Positions 25,603 to 38,600 of a stretch of DNA of 64,000 nucleotides are shown piece after piece. A program made the translations under genes and the position numbers. Below the pieces are notes generated by a model, which ran no database searches, was not told where the DNA came from, and worked only from the letters and a program-made list of their open reading frames with translations. Source of the stretch: Chiloscyllium plagiosum. Taxonomy: Eukaryota. The stretch is taken from contig NC_057750.1 in NCBI RefSeq assembly GCF_004010195.1, positions 1,250,808 to 1,314,807 of the forward strand, written 5' to 3'. How positions within the stretch are numbered: the stretch's first letter is position 1; each line of letters starts with the position of its first letter.

Positions 25603-25972
25603 CGCGCGCGCACTGACACACACACGAGTGTGTGCGTGTAACTGTCTTTGATACATATACTATGTGTGAGTGTGTGAATGAGAATGTGTGAAAGCATGTA
25701 CATTTGTGTACCTACAAATGTGCATGTGTACATGCATGCGTGTACATACGTGTGTACATACGTGTGTATGTACACGTGCATGCACATACACATGTGCGTG
25801 CACATGCGTGTCTGTACATAGGGGCGTGTATGAATGTGTACATCCACACGTGTGTACATACACATGTGCGTACGTACGCCTGTGTGTCCGTGTGTACTTG
25901 TACGTGTGCTCACGCGTTTATGTGCGCACACGTGTGTATGCGTACACACATGTATGAATGTGTGTGAGAGTG
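25603..25972. repeat. Long mixed alternating purine/pyrimidine tract (TG/CA/TA/CG)
   Basis: Seen directly. Confidence 0.95.
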
Positions 25973-26557
25973 TGTTACTGAGCATGCCTGTGTAATATAG
26001 ACATAGAGCAAGGGAGAGAGAGGAATTCAGATGGTGAGTGGAGTCCCAGCAGTCGACAGTATGAAGCCATAAAAAAGATGACAAAGAAATAGCCCCCGCA
26101 GCAGCTGAGAGGAAAGAGAAAGAGAAGCTGGTTTGGGAAATCCACTGCAATAGCACAAACATTATCGAGAGGTATTACAGAAAGCTGGGCAGCACAGGAG
26201 GTTATGAATTAACTTTATTGATCAGTGATAGTGTGTTGTACAATCTGTGTCATCTGGATGTAGAATTATTTGTTACACTCCACAATATTATATTGATCTC
26301 GAAGAGCAGACTACTGGCTGGAAAATCACATCAGGTGAAAATTGTTTCTGATGAATGGACACAAATCTGGCCAGCTCGACTGAAACAAACATGCGTGAAT
26401 CCTCAGTGAGTTATACTACACAGCATGATGTGGTCTGGTGAAATATTGTAGTGCCACATTGACCTTGTAACGGTGCGTTGTACAATTATGTCACAAGAAG
26501 ATGTTCAGAGACTATTAAGTACCGAAGTGCAGATAGAATCTGAGGAATATTTTTGCA

Positions 26558-27575
26558 TAGAAACATAAGCAATAGGAACAGGAGTAGGCCATTCAGCCCT
26601 TTGAGCCTGGTCCATCATTCAATATCAACAGCCTATTCCTGTTTCTCCCCCACACCCTCTGATCCCTTTCAGCCCCAGCTGTCAGATATAGCAGCTTCTT
26701 GTAAACATTCAATGTTTTGACCCCAACTGCATTGTGTGGCAGAGAGTTCCCCAGGATCCCCACTCTCGGGGTGAGGTCTGTGTTTGCACATTCTCCCCAT
26801 GTCCGCGTGGGTTTCCTCCAGATGCACCAGTTTCCTCCCACAGTCCAAAGACATGCAGGTTAGAGTGGATTGGCCATGGGAAATAGTCCCACAGTATCCA
26901 GGGATGTGCAGGCTGGGCAGGTTAGGAATGGGAAATACAGGGTTACAGGGAAAGGATAGGAGAGTGAGTCTGAGTAAGACGCTGTTCAGAGGGTAGGTGT
27001 GGACTTGAAGGGCCGAATGGCCTGCTTCCACACTTAGTGATTCTATGATTTCTTTTTTCCTTGTCTCAGTCCTAAATGGTCTACACAGTGTCCTTAGACT
27101 GTGATTCCTGGTTCTGGACTTACCAGTAATTGGGAACATCATTTTGCATTTGCCATGTCTAGCTCTGTTAGACTTTTATAGATTTCTGAGATATTCCACT
27201 CAATCTTCTAAACTCCAGTGAATATAATCTTATACAAATCAACCTCTCCTCATGCGTCAGTCCTGCCGTCCCAGGAATCGGCCTGGTAAACCTTCACTAC
27301 ACTCTCTCCATCACCAGAACATCCTTCCTCAGATACAGAGGCCAAACTGCGCACCGTACTCCAGGTGTGATCTCACCAGGTCCCTGGATGATTGCAGTAA
27401 GTCAGCCCTGTTCCTGTACTCCAATCCTCTCGCTATGAAGGCCTGCATGCCATTTACCTTCTTCACCGTCCACTGTACCTGCATGTTTAACTTGAGCAAC
27501 TGGTGTACAGGGACATCCAGGTCACATTGCACAGCCCCCTGTGAATTTATAGCCCTTCTTATAACAATCTGCCTT
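26558..27575 (-). mobile_element. CR1 3' fragment split by an HE1 SINE
   Basis: KKVNGMQAFIARGLEYRN..LVRSHLEY and MFPITGKSRTRNHSL. Confidence 0.88.
26777..27048 (+). mobile_element. 5'-truncated HE1 SINE nested in CR1
   Basis: V-domain and tail. Confidence 0.88.
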
Positions 27576-29180
27576 TCTTAAGAGCGGAATGTCGAGACTG
27601 GGTCATTCAGCCTATTCAAGGCTGATCATAGAGAGCTTTTTTTTTAAAGGGAATCAAGGATACTGGAGAAAGGGCAGGGGAGTGGAGTTGAGGGTGATCA
27701 TATCAGCTACGGTCAAACTAAATGGTGGAGCAGACTCGATGGGCTGAATGGCCGGCTTGTGCTCTTCTGATTTAGTCTCTTATCAACCAGGAATTGCCAG
27801 GTATAGTAAGGCTCACTCACTCTAAACACCTCGACATCACAGAAACAGAAATTGCTAGAGAAACTCAGCAATCTGGAGCATCTGAGGAAAGAAAGCACAG
27901 TTCATGTATTCGGTGACCCTTCTGAGAATCATAGAATCATACAGTGCAGAAGAGGCTCTTCAGCCCATCAAGTCTGTACTGACATATGGGAAACAACTGC
28001 TTCTCAACCCGTCAGAATTACTCTCTCTGTCACTGTCACACTATATTCTGCATTCTGTTCTATTACCCTGATGTACTTATGTCAGGTATGGTTTGTCTGG
28101 TTAGCACACAAAACAATGCTTTTCACTGTATCTCGGTACATATCACAATTTTAAAAAGAATCAAATAATCCCATTTACTAGTACTTAGCCCCTAGCCTTC
28201 AATGTCACCAATTTTGAATCCACTTTATCAAATTACCTTGTATCCCACATGCATTTTCCTTCTTGATAAGTCTCCAATGAGAGACCTTGTCAAAGGTCTT
28301 GTTAAAATCCATTTAAACTACATCAACCACACTGCCCTCATCCACACACCTAGCCACCACCTCAAATTCCATCAAATTTGACAGGCTGAAACCCTCTCTG
28401 GTAAGGGCCTAGCTGGCTATCCCTGATCATGTCTGGCCTCTCCAAGTTGAGTAGATTCTCTCCTTCCGAATTTTCTCCGATAGTTTCCCTACCACTCACG
28501 TGAGACTCATTGGCCTGTAATTCTCTGGCTTATTCCTACAACACTCTTTAAATATCACAAAATACTCTAGTCAGGAGGGCCAGTTTCTCTCGCAATTGCT
28601 ATTTTTGTTTCAGATTCCAACACCTTAAGTTTTTTATTGCCTCATCAGGTTAAACACTTCAATATGTTCCCTGTGTAGTTTGGACCTTGCTTACACCTGG
28701 TCTCTCACAGTCTTATTGGCTTCACAGCAATCCAATCTTACACAAAGGCATCTCTGTCAGCTGTTAGATCCTCATTCCTGCCTGTTTGATGCCCCACATT
28801 GAAATGGGAGGGGCACATTGTAGATTATAATGATAATTGGGCACTGCCAACATTATTAGAGACATTAGCTGCTGTTTAGAATCAGAATTAGATTTTATTG
28901 TCACATGAGTACAGTCAAAAATGTACAAAGTCATCATTTCTGATACCATCTTAGGTACACACATACCTAGGTTCAAAATCTTAGGTATAAATTGGAAAAA
29001 TTAAAGAAGTAAAGGTAAAAGTTCGTCATTACAGTCCTAAAGCAGGGAATCTGCTCTGGATTTCCTCAACAGCGCAAGGCAACTTTCCGGGGAAAGAATT
29101 CTAATGAAACACAGAGTCTTCAAGGACGATCTGAAGTGAAAACCTCTTGAGCTATCAAACTGACCTGGTATACTCTTGTA

Positions 29181-29281
29181 CTCTTCCTGATGAAGGGCTT
29201 TTGCCCGAAACATTGAATTTCCTGCTCCTCAGATGCTGCCTGGCCTGCTATGCTTTTCCAGCACCACTCTGATCTAAACTC
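29181..29281 (+). mobile_element. Single-arm Penelope family 1 terminus with hammerhead core and 12-bp TSD
   Basis: CTGATGA-A-GGGC-tttt-GCCC-GAAA; TSD tatactcttgta at 29169-29180 and 29282-29293. Confidence 0.85.
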
Positions 29282-29469
29282 TATACTCTTGTAAAAGCCA
29301 GCCCATAGCATTTAGTCTTAAAACCTGAACTTTCGGATTACCACATGTAAAAGTCAACCTGAGAGTGTTGCAGAACTGACTGCCCAGAAAAATTCAGAAA
29401 CAAAGTATAATCTTGGAGTTGTTAATGATTTGATTTAATTGTAAATGTTTAAATACAAATACATTTTTT

Positions 29470-29960
29470 GATTTGATTTATTACTGTCACATGTACCAAG
29501 ATACAATGAAAAGTATTGTTTTGTGTGTACCAGACAAACCATACCTTACAGAAGTATATCACGGTAATAGAACAGAATGCAGAATACAGTGTTACAACTA
29601 TAGAGAAGGTGCAAAGAAAGATTAACACTAATATAGGAGAATTCTGTTCAAAAGTCTGCTTTAAAAATCACACCACACTAGGTTATAGTCCAACAGGTTT
29701 CTTTGGAAGCACTAGCTTTCAGAGCACTGCTCCTTCATCAGGTAACTGGGCAGCGCTCCGAAAGCTAGAGCTTCCAATTAAACCTGTTGGACTATAACCT
29801 GGTATTGATTTTTAACTTTGTCCACCCCAGTCCAACACCGGCTCCACCACATCAAAAGTCTGATAACAGCGGGGCAGAAGCTGTTCTTAAACCTGTTTGT
29901 ATGTGTTTCCGAAACTTTGTATCTGCTACCAGACAGAAGAGAGAGAGTATAACCGGGGTC
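29470..29960 (-). mobile_element. Unclassified non-LTR 3' tail; a related copy lies on + near 28030-28170
   Basis: tttgatttgatttattactgtcacatgtacc tail; inverse similarity to 28040-28165. Confidence 0.55.
29659..29851. mobile_element. Palindromic Penelope-like mini-element (family 4) with 11-bp TSD
   Basis: Arms ggttatagtccaacaggttt and aaacctgttggactataacc; minus-strand CTGATGA-A-GGAGC-agt-GCTCT-GAAA-GCTA; TSD tcaaaagtctg at 29648-29658 and 29852-29862. Confidence 0.85.
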
Positions 29961-30389
29961 TGCACCAATAAATAAATGCTTAAAATGTTTCGACTTTGTT
30001 TCTATTTATTTTGAATTATTAAGGAGATCAGATTAATCTGAATTGTTTTAGTAGTGTTGGTTGCAAATTGACTCCATTGTAAGAGACTGTTTTGGATTTT
30101 ATATGGACCCCAGTCAAGTATGGGTGTTAAATCCTTCAAAAACATTAGCCATGTAAAAATGGACCCAATGGCCTTTGGCTTGAAAAGAATGGCCTCAGAA
30201 ATGTAATGTTTACACACGTGTACACACCAGTTAAGGTATTGTATAACCCAAAGGATATACATTACACAAGTTGCACCAACAACCATTGAGTCTTGGTGCC
30301 CAAGTGCATGGAATGTCCACTTACACTAGAGGGAGCTGTGCCTGGAGTCAACTAGAGTGTTGGCTCAGGTTTGATGAATAATGAGATAG

Positions 30390-30492
30390 AAAAAACAAAA
30401 ATAGAAGTTGTTATAAAAGCTCAGCAGGTCTGGCAGTATCTGTGGATAGAAATCAGAGTTAACGTTTCAGGTCCAGTGATCCTTCTTCAGGA
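30390..30492 (-). mobile_element. Penelope-like terminus (family 3) with hammerhead core
   Basis: Minus strand reads CTGAAGA-A-GGATC-actg-GACCT-GAAA-CGTT. Confidence 0.7.
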
Positions 30493-30511
30493 CTCAATGG
30501 GTTCATCTGAG

Positions 30512-31528
30512 GAACATAAGACAGAGGAGTAGAATGAGTCAATTCAGCCCTTCAAGTCTGCTCTGCTGTTCAATCGTGACTGATAAGTTTCTCCTGCCTT
30601 CTCCCCCTCACCCTTAATCCCCTTAATAATCAAGTACCTATCTGTCTCTGTCTTAAATACAGTCAATGACTTGGTCTCCATAGCTGTCAGCAACAATGAG
30701 TTCCACAGAGTCACCTCCCTCTGAAATTCCTCCTCATCTCAGTTCTAAAGGGTTGTCCCTTCGCTCTGAGGCTGTGCCCTCAGGGTCTGAGTCTCTCCCA
30801 CTAATGGAACCATCTTCTCCATGTCCACTATATCCAGATTTCTCAGTATTCTGTAAATTTCAATCAGATTCCCCCTCATCTTTCTAATCTCCATCCAGTA
30901 CAGAGCCGGAGTCAACTGCTTCTCAAATGACAAGCCCTTCATCCCTGGATCATTCTTATATACGTCCTGTGGAACTAGTCTAGTGCCAGCGTATCATTCC
31001 TTATGTGTTGGGCCCAAAACTCCTCACAATATTCCAAATGCAGCCTGACCAGAGCGTTATACAGGTTCAGTAGCACATCTCTACTCTCGACCTCTTGAAT
31101 TGAATGCTAACATTGCATTTGCCTTCCTAACTGCCAACTGAACCTGCATCAAAAAGTGTGGCGCTGGGAAAGCACAACAGGTCAGGCAGCACCCGAGAAA
31201 CAGGAGAGTCAACATTTCAGGCATAAGCTCTTCATCAGGAATTCCTGATTAAGGGCTTATGCCTGAAATGTCGACTCTCCTGCTCCTCGGATGCTGCCTG
31301 ACCTGCTGTGCTTTTCCAGCACCACACTTTTTGACTCTGATCTCTAGCATCTGCAGTTCTCACTTTCTCTGAGTAACTGAACCTGCACATTAACCTTAAA
31401 AGAATCCTGAACTAGGTCTTCCAAGTCCCTTTGTGCTTCAGATTTCCGAAGCCAAGTAGGAAATAGTGTATGCCTCTGTTCGAACGAGCAACGTGCGTAA
31501 CCTCACACTTGCCCCCATTGTATTCCAT
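30512..31528 (-). mobile_element. CR1 3' fragment interrupted by a Penelope mini-element
   Basis: ORF 30745..30942 is a CR1 C-terminus; the sequence continues across the insert. Confidence 0.88.
31149..31374. mobile_element. Palindromic Penelope family 1 mini-element with 13-bp TSD
   Basis: Centre atcaggaattcctgat; TSD aactgaacctgca at 31136-31148 and 31375-31387. Confidence 0.9.
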
Positions 31529-32429
31529 TACCAACAAAGAAAAACAGACAGGACCTTTACTTCATTATCAAAGTGCAGCAGGGATGGAGACTCTTTGTAG
31601 GCCAATCCTTTCGCGAATTGGGATTGCAAGTATTCTGCTCAAAACCACTCGCACCAAACCCAGGAGCAAGAGACTATCCTCATAATCTTTCAGACATGGG
31701 GATGAGCGTCTCTGCCTTGTGATTCAGGGAATGAACTTTCTCTGGCAGACACTGCGATCGATCGTGTCCCTTGGTCGTGACCAACAAAAGTACTACCCGG
31801 AGAGCTGGCCATGAAGTCACCCTGACAGTGACCACGTGCTGTGGCCTGGGGTAGGTGGCAGGCAATGAGAAAGCTTCGCTCATGATGGAATTGAAACGCA
31901 AAGACTTGAATTGGCTGGTGCTTGGGTATTTACAGAATGGCAAAATTCTGTCAATTAGCCCCATTTTCATCAGGAAGTTAAAAAGAACAGTCAGAAACAA
32001 AATGTCTTCTCAATCTCGTTCACAGGATGTGAAAATGTGGAAAATCTGTTTCCTGGAGTTGAAATGGTTAATACTAGGGGGCATGCATTTAAGGTGAGGG
32101 GGGGAGAATTCAAAAGGAGATGGAAGAGGCTAGGTTTTTTTTGCACAGAGTATGGGAGGAGTGTGGAACACACTGCCAGAGGTGGGGGTGGAGACATTCC
32201 AGGGACTTTTCGATGAGCAGATGAATCTGAGGGATACAGACCAAGGGCAGGCAGAAGGGATTAGTTTAAGTTGGTGTCATGCTCAACACAACGATGTGGG
32301 CCTGTTCCTGTGCTGTACCATTCTATGTTCTATGATGTGGGCATCAATGGCTAGGCCAGCATTTATTTCCCATCCCTTGAATGTCCCCCAAGAAGATGGT
32401 GATGTGCAGGAGGGAGACACATGCAATCA

Positions 32430-33240
32430 CATAAAGAGGGAACCAGAGGAGGCCACTCAGCCCTTCCTGCTCCCCCATTCAATGAGATTGTGGCTGATCT
32501 GGTTTTAACCTCAACCCTACGTTCCTGCATATCCCTGATATTCTTTCATCCCTCAGTCATCAGAAATCCACCTCCTTCTGCCTTCAAGATATTAAAAGAT
32601 TCTGCATCCATAACCTTTTAAGGAAGGGGATTCCATACATTCACAGTCCTCCAAGTGAGAGAATATTTCCTCACCTCTGACCCCTAATTCTAGAGTCTCC
32701 CACAAGAGGAACCATTCCTTCCACCTCCACCCAGTCAAGTCCCCTCAGGATTTCATCTGTTTCAATTAAGGAACCTCCATCTTTCTAAACTCCAGAGGAT
32801 AAAGAGCCAGCCTGTCTAGCTTTTCCTGCTCATTTCAGGGATTAGTCTAGTAAACCTTCTCTGAATGCTTCCAATGCATTAGAATCCTTCTGTAAGTACA
32901 GTAACCAGTCCTGTACACAGTGTGCCAAATGTGGGCTTGCCATGTCGATTAGCCCTCTACTCTCGCATTGAATTCCCCTCTCAATGAAACACGACATTCT
33001 ATTAGCTTTCCTGATGTCTGCACTAGGACACCCAGATCCCTCTGCATCTGAAATTTCTTCAACCTCTCACTATTTAGATATTACACATCTTTTTTATTCT
33101 TTCTGGCAAAATGGGTAATTTCACGTATTGTCTGCCATTTGCTTGATCTTTGCCCATTCACTTAACCTGCCTATATTCCTTTGTGGGCTCTTTGTGTTCT
33201 CGTCATAACTTACTTTTCTGCCTAGTTTATGTCATCGGAA
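32430..33240 (-). mobile_element. Old CR1 3' fragment
   Basis: Similar to 3415-3937. Confidence 0.7.
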
Positions 33241-34252
33241 TTGAAGCACAGGTTCCCAGTTCATTACCTGGGTTTCTGGGTTAACAATCTAGCGATAATA
33301 CCACGTGGCCCCTCGCCTCCCCTACCAAGGTGAGACTGAAACCCAGGTCTTTGGAACATTAGCCTGAGACTCGGGATTCCTAGTCCAGGGACATGACCAC
33401 TACTCCATAATCTCTCCTGTCTCTCCCAGCACATGGCATAGGGGTAAGGTGATTTCCTGCCAATAATCCTCTTTTCTCTTCAGTTTTTTCTGTGCTTGTC
33501 GCATCCATAAGTTCTTGCTTTTATTTCCTTGACTCCATAAGGCATGAGAGCAGAAGCAGTCCATTAGGCTTCTCCGCTATTCAATGAGATCAAGGCTGAT
33601 TTAAAAATCTTCAACTCCACTACCCTGCCTTATCCCCATAATCAATGATTCCCTTTCTGATTAAGAATATATTTAACAACCACAGCCTCAACAGCTCTCT
33701 GTGGAAAGAATTCCACAGATTCACTACCCCCCAGAGAGAAGAAGTTCCTCCTCATCTCTGTCCTAAATGTGCGACATCTCACTCTGAGATTATACCCTCT
33801 GGTCCTAGACTCAGCCACAACAGGAAACAACCTTGCCTCAACAAAATATCAGGATGGGTTTGTAGCCTCTACCACAATGAAAATGAGTGAATTCAAGCAG
33901 CATCTAATTATTCCAGTTTGTGGAATCTCCTTATTTTCTGAAATTCTCTGTGTGCAAATTCTGCATTTCCTGTTTCTTTGAGAGGCAATGCCATACTTTA
34001 CAAAACTGTCATCTCCATTAAGTACAACGCTGTATGGTCCACGTCCAACCTTGAATCTGCTACAATGTATTAATCTTTCTCCATTTCTTCTCAATGTGCT
34101 GATTAAGCTTATTATGTAAAGCTATTTTCAACCTGTATCATTGCAATAAAACTTGCCATCTGCTGTTCCTCAGGCTTGTATTCTTGCGTTGACAAATGTT
34201 GTTTTAAATCGAATGACTATCAACCTGTACAACAGTCCTATTTATTTGCCAG

Positions 34253-34455
34253 GAGAAAGTGAGGTCTGCAGATGCTGGAGATCAAAGCTGAAACTTTATT
34301 GCTGGAACAGCACAGCAGGTCAGGCAGCATCCAGGGAACAGGAGATTCGACGTTTCGGGCACATGCCTGAAGAAGGGCCTGTGCCCGAAACGTCGAATCT
34401 CCTGTTCCCTAGATACTGCCTGACCTGCTGTGCTGTTCCAGCAATAAAGTTTCAA
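34253..34455. mobile_element. Young palindromic Penelope family 1 mini-element with 15-bp TSD
   Basis: Near-perfect inverted arms; TSD ctatttatttgccag at 34238-34252 and 34456-34470. Confidence 0.92.
34363..34398 (+). ncRNA. Minimal type I hammerhead ribozyme motif
   Basis: CTGAAGA(34367-73)-A-GGGC-ctgt-GCCC-GAAA-CGTC; predicted GUC cleavage after 34394. Confidence 0.7.
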
Positions 34456-34777
34456 CTATTTATTTGCCAGCCTTTTGTTTAAACTCTCTAGCACTTTATG
34501 CTTGTAGTAAATAGTTCAATAAAGTTTTAAATTGCATCACTAGATCTTCTGTAGTGATGTTTTCCAAGCTTTCTGAAATCTCTTCAGAGGATTGGTACAG
34601 ACTCAATGGGCCGAATGACCAGCTTCCACGCTGTAGGAATTCTATTATTCAAAGATGGAGCTTTCTCACTTCTTCCTGCACAAAATTGACATTTTCCTGC
34701 CTCTCAGTCTAAAATATCAACAACTTCCTTTAATACAAATGTTTATGTGAGTGTCTATGGGTGCTTGCTTAACAACT

Positions 34778-35497
34778 CTTCACCCTTGACATTCAATGGT
34801 TTCACCATCACTGAGTCCCCCACTATCAATGTCCTGGGAGCTATCATTGATTAGAGACTCAACTGGGTTCAACAGTAAATGGTGGCTACAAGAGCAGGTC
34901 AGAGGCTAGGAGTAACTCTTCTCCTGACACCACAAAGCCTGTCCACCATCTACAAGGTACAAGTCAGGAATGTGATGGAATACTCCCCACTTGCCCTGGA
35001 TGGGGGCAGCTCCAACAACACTCAAGAAGCTCAACACCATCCAGGACAAAGCAGCCCCCGCTTTATTGGCCCCACATCCACAAACACCCACTCCCTCCAC
35101 CACTGACGCTCAGTAGCAGCAGTGTGTACTATCAACAAGGTGCCCTGCAGAAATTCATCAAAGATCCTCAGACAGCTCCTTCCAAACCCAAGACCACTTC
35201 CATCAAGAAGGACAAGCGCATCAGGTACATGGGAACACCACTCCCTGCAAGTTTCCCTCCAAGCCCCTCACCATCCCGACTTGGAAATATATCGCCGTTC
35301 CTTCAGAGTCACTGGGTCAGAATCCTGGAATTCCCTCCCTAAGGGTATTGTGGATCACCCTACAGCACATGGACTGCAGCGGTTCAAGAAGGCAGCTCAC
35401 CCCCAACTTCTCAAGGGGGGGCAACTAGGGATGGGGCAATAAATGCTGGGCCCAGTCAGTGATGCCAACATTCCATAAAATGAATAAATTAAAAAAA
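34778..35497 (+). mobile_element. LINE family B (CR1/L2 group), 3' about 700 bp
   Basis: IYKVQVRNVMEYSPLA and SWNSLPKGIV..GLQRFKKAAH; tail tagggatggggcaataaatgctgg, ending A-rich. Confidence 0.88.
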
Positions 35498-35930
35498 GCT
35501 TGTGGCTTCATTGCTGAGTCCCAGCTCCTTTTGAAGTTTCGGTTATTTCTGATCTTGTGCTCGATGCTTCCACAAGATTTCTTTACACTTGCTCGATATC
35601 TGCTGTCTGCTTGGGTAACCTCTGCCCATATTTCTTTCCTGTCCCACCCAATTCTCCCTTGTAGGCGTACTTGCAAAACCTCATTTCAACAGCAGTAATG
35701 TTTATTGCTAGAGGCAAGAATTCTCTTTTACAGTCCTTTGATTTCCCTTTGTGGTTTTTGTAATGTTTTTCATAAAGTTATTCCCTTTCCCCTTTCAGAT
35801 CTCTAACTTTACCTCCTGGAAATCTGCTTATAGACCCCATTTATTAAGGCCTTTATATTTTCACGAAGTGGAAAGTGTTTCTCTCTCTTCCTAGCCCATA
35901 TGCCTGCCCAGCACTTTGTACCAGTTTTGT

Positions 35931-36223
35931 AGAATCCCTACAATGTGGAATCAGGCCATTCAGCCCATCGAGTACACATTAAACCTCTGAAGAGCTTTCT
36001 ACCCAGATACACCCCATCTCTGTTAACTCTGCATTTCCCACAGCCAATCCACCCTTGCCCACACATCCCTGGACTGTGGGAGGAAACCAGAAAACCCAGA
36101 GGAAACCCACACAGACACATGGAGAATGTTCAAACTCCACACAGACAGTCATCCAAAGGTGGGATTGAACCCAAATCCCTGGCACTGTGAGGCAGCAGTG
36201 CTAACCACTGAGCCACTGTGCAG
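35931..36223 (-). mobile_element. HE1-type V-SINE
   Basis: Reverse-complement head, V-domain and tail. Confidence 0.9.
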
Positions 36224-36244
36224 CCTCAGGCACGACAGTGAATA

Positions 36245-38600
36245 AGAAGGCGGGAAAGAAGATGGAGGACGGGAAAAGTGTCTGGCTGTAACAGTCCGCT
36301 CCTTTTTTAGGTTTTTAGGTGTTGGAGGTGATTTCCTCGAATTACAGGAGCAGCAATGCTGTTGCATTTTTCTGGAACTTTGGAGAAATAAAAAGTCAAA
36401 AGAGCGTCACTTTTAAAATGCAGAGGGACAGACAAAGCAGAACATGGTGAGGTCAGTGCAGGAGAGAGAAAGAGAGAAAGAAAAAGAAAACATCCCACAC
36501 TGCCCCCTAACACAGCAGTGAACCTGCGCAGTTACTACCTTTGCTGTTTGAATTCATGTATCGCTGGACATCGGGGTGTGTCTGGGAAAATGAACAAACA
36601 GTGAAATTCACAACTGATCTTGGAGGAAGCTGTCTGGGAGAGGTCACAGCACAGAGACAGATAAGTAAATAGTTTTAAGTATAGCCTTGCTGTAAATCTA
36701 CAATAGTGAGTAGAGTGAGTTCTTTCTTGATTATATGTTTTATTGAGAGATGTCTCTAGATTACACTTAAAAATATAAGCCATAAGTATTAAGTTAGCCT
36801 GGAGCAGTGTTTGTCGAGGAATAAGACAGTGCTATTTTCTGGGTCTGCAGATTAGAAGAAGCAAAAATGGCCTTTAGTAGAGTGATATGCTCTTGGGAGC
36901 TTCGGGAGAGTTTATGTATTACTGAGGATTATATCTGCAATAAATGCTGCTAGTTGTGAATCCTATCAAATTGAATGGATCGGTTGGAGTGACACTTAGA
37001 GGCAATGGGGAATTTACAAGAACCGGTGGGGGGGGGGGGGGGGGTGACTTGATGGATAAATCCCCAGGACCTGATGAGGTGTACCCTAGAACTCTGTAGG
37101 AAGCTAGAGAAGTGACTGCTGGGCCTCTTGCTGAGATAGTCACAGGTGAGGTGCCAGAAAACTGGAGGTTGACTAACGTGGTGCCAATATTTAAGAAAGA
37201 TGGTAAAGACAAGCCAGGGAACTATAGACCAGTGAGCCTGATGTTGGTGGTGGTCAAATTGTTGGAGGGAATCCTGAGGGACAAGATGTACACTTATATG
37301 GAAAGGCAAGGACTGATTCGGGATAGTCAACATGGCTTTGTGTGTGGGAAATCATGTCTCACAAACTTGATTGAGTTTTTTGAAGTAACAGAGGATTGAT
37401 GAGGGCAGAGTGATAGACGTGATCTATTTGGACTTCAGTAAGGCATTCGACAAGGTTCCTCATGGGAGACTAGTTAACTAGGTTAGATCTCACGGAATAA
37501 AGGGAGAACTAACCATTTGGATATAGAACTGGCTCGAAGGTAGAAGACAGAGGGTGGTGATGGAGGGTTGTTTTTCAGACTGGAGGCCTGAGACCAGTGC
37601 AGTATCACAAGGATTTGTACTGGGTCCACTATTTTTCATCATGTATGTAAATGATTTGGATGTGAGCATAAGAGGTATGTTTAGTAAGTTTGCAGATACC
37701 TCCAAAAATTGGAGGTGAACTGTACATTGAAGAAGGTTACCTCGGATTACAACAGGACCTGGACCAGATGGGCCGATGGGCTGAGAAGTGGCAGATGGAG
37801 TTTAATTTAGATAAATGTGAGGTGTTGCATTTTGGGAAAGCAAATCTTAGCAGCACTTATATATTTAATGGTAAGGTCCTAGGGAGTGTTGCTGAACAAA
37901 GAGACCTTGGAGTGCAGGTTCTTAGCTCCTTGAAAGTAGAGTCGCAGGTAGATAGTATAGTGAAGAAGGTGTTTATTGGTCAGAGTATTGAGTACAGGAG
38001 TTGGGAGGTCATGTTGCGGCTGTACAGGTAATTGGTTAGGCCACTTTTGGAATATTGCGCGCAATTCTGGTCTCCTTCCTATTGGAAGGATGTTGTGAAA
38101 CTTGAAAGGGCTCAAAAAATATTTAAAAGGATGATGCCAGGGTTGGGGGATTTGAGCTACAGGGAGAGGCTGAATGGGCTGGGGCTATTTTCCCTGGAGC
38201 GTTGGAGGCTGAGGGGTGACCTTATAGACGTTTATAAAATCATGAGGGGCATGGATAGGATAAATAGACAAAGTCTTTTACCTGGGGTGGGAGAGTCCAG
38301 AACTAGAGGACATAGGTTTAGATTGAGATGGGAAAGAAATTAAAAGGGACCTAAGTGGCAACTTTTTCACGCGGATAGTGGTACGTGTATGAAATGAGCT
38401 GCCAGAGGATGTGGTGGAGGCTGGTACAATTGCAACATTTAGAAGGCATCTGGATGGGTACATGAATAGGAAGGGTTTGGAGGGATATGGACCAAATGCT
38501 GGTAAATGGAACTAGATTAGGTTAGGATATCTGCTCGGCATGGACAAGTTGGACTGAAGGGTCTGCTTCCATGCTGTACATCTCTGTGACTCTATGTCTC
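36245..38600 (+). mobile_element. CR1/HER1 LINE: 5'UTR and ORF1 start joined to the RT half of ORF2 (internal deletion), disrupted
   Basis: ATG near 36867 gives MAFSRVICSWELRESLCITEDYICNKCC..DRLE..LEAM (zinc finger/leucine zipper type ORF1). After a G17 run come DKSPGPD, NYRPVSL, QHGF and LDFSKAFDKV, then the C-terminus and tail. Many stops and frameshifts. Confidence 0.85.

Noticed and set aside
25593..26162. 189-aa ORF and overlapping Cys/His-rich ORFs (also 586..921, 10526..10789, 40139..40522)
   Set aside because: Translations of microsatellites
31694..31813. Possible plus-strand exon (HGDERLCLVIQGMNFLWQTLRSIVSLGRDQQKYYPESWP*)
   Set aside because: Modest acceptor, no recognisable homology and no partner exons
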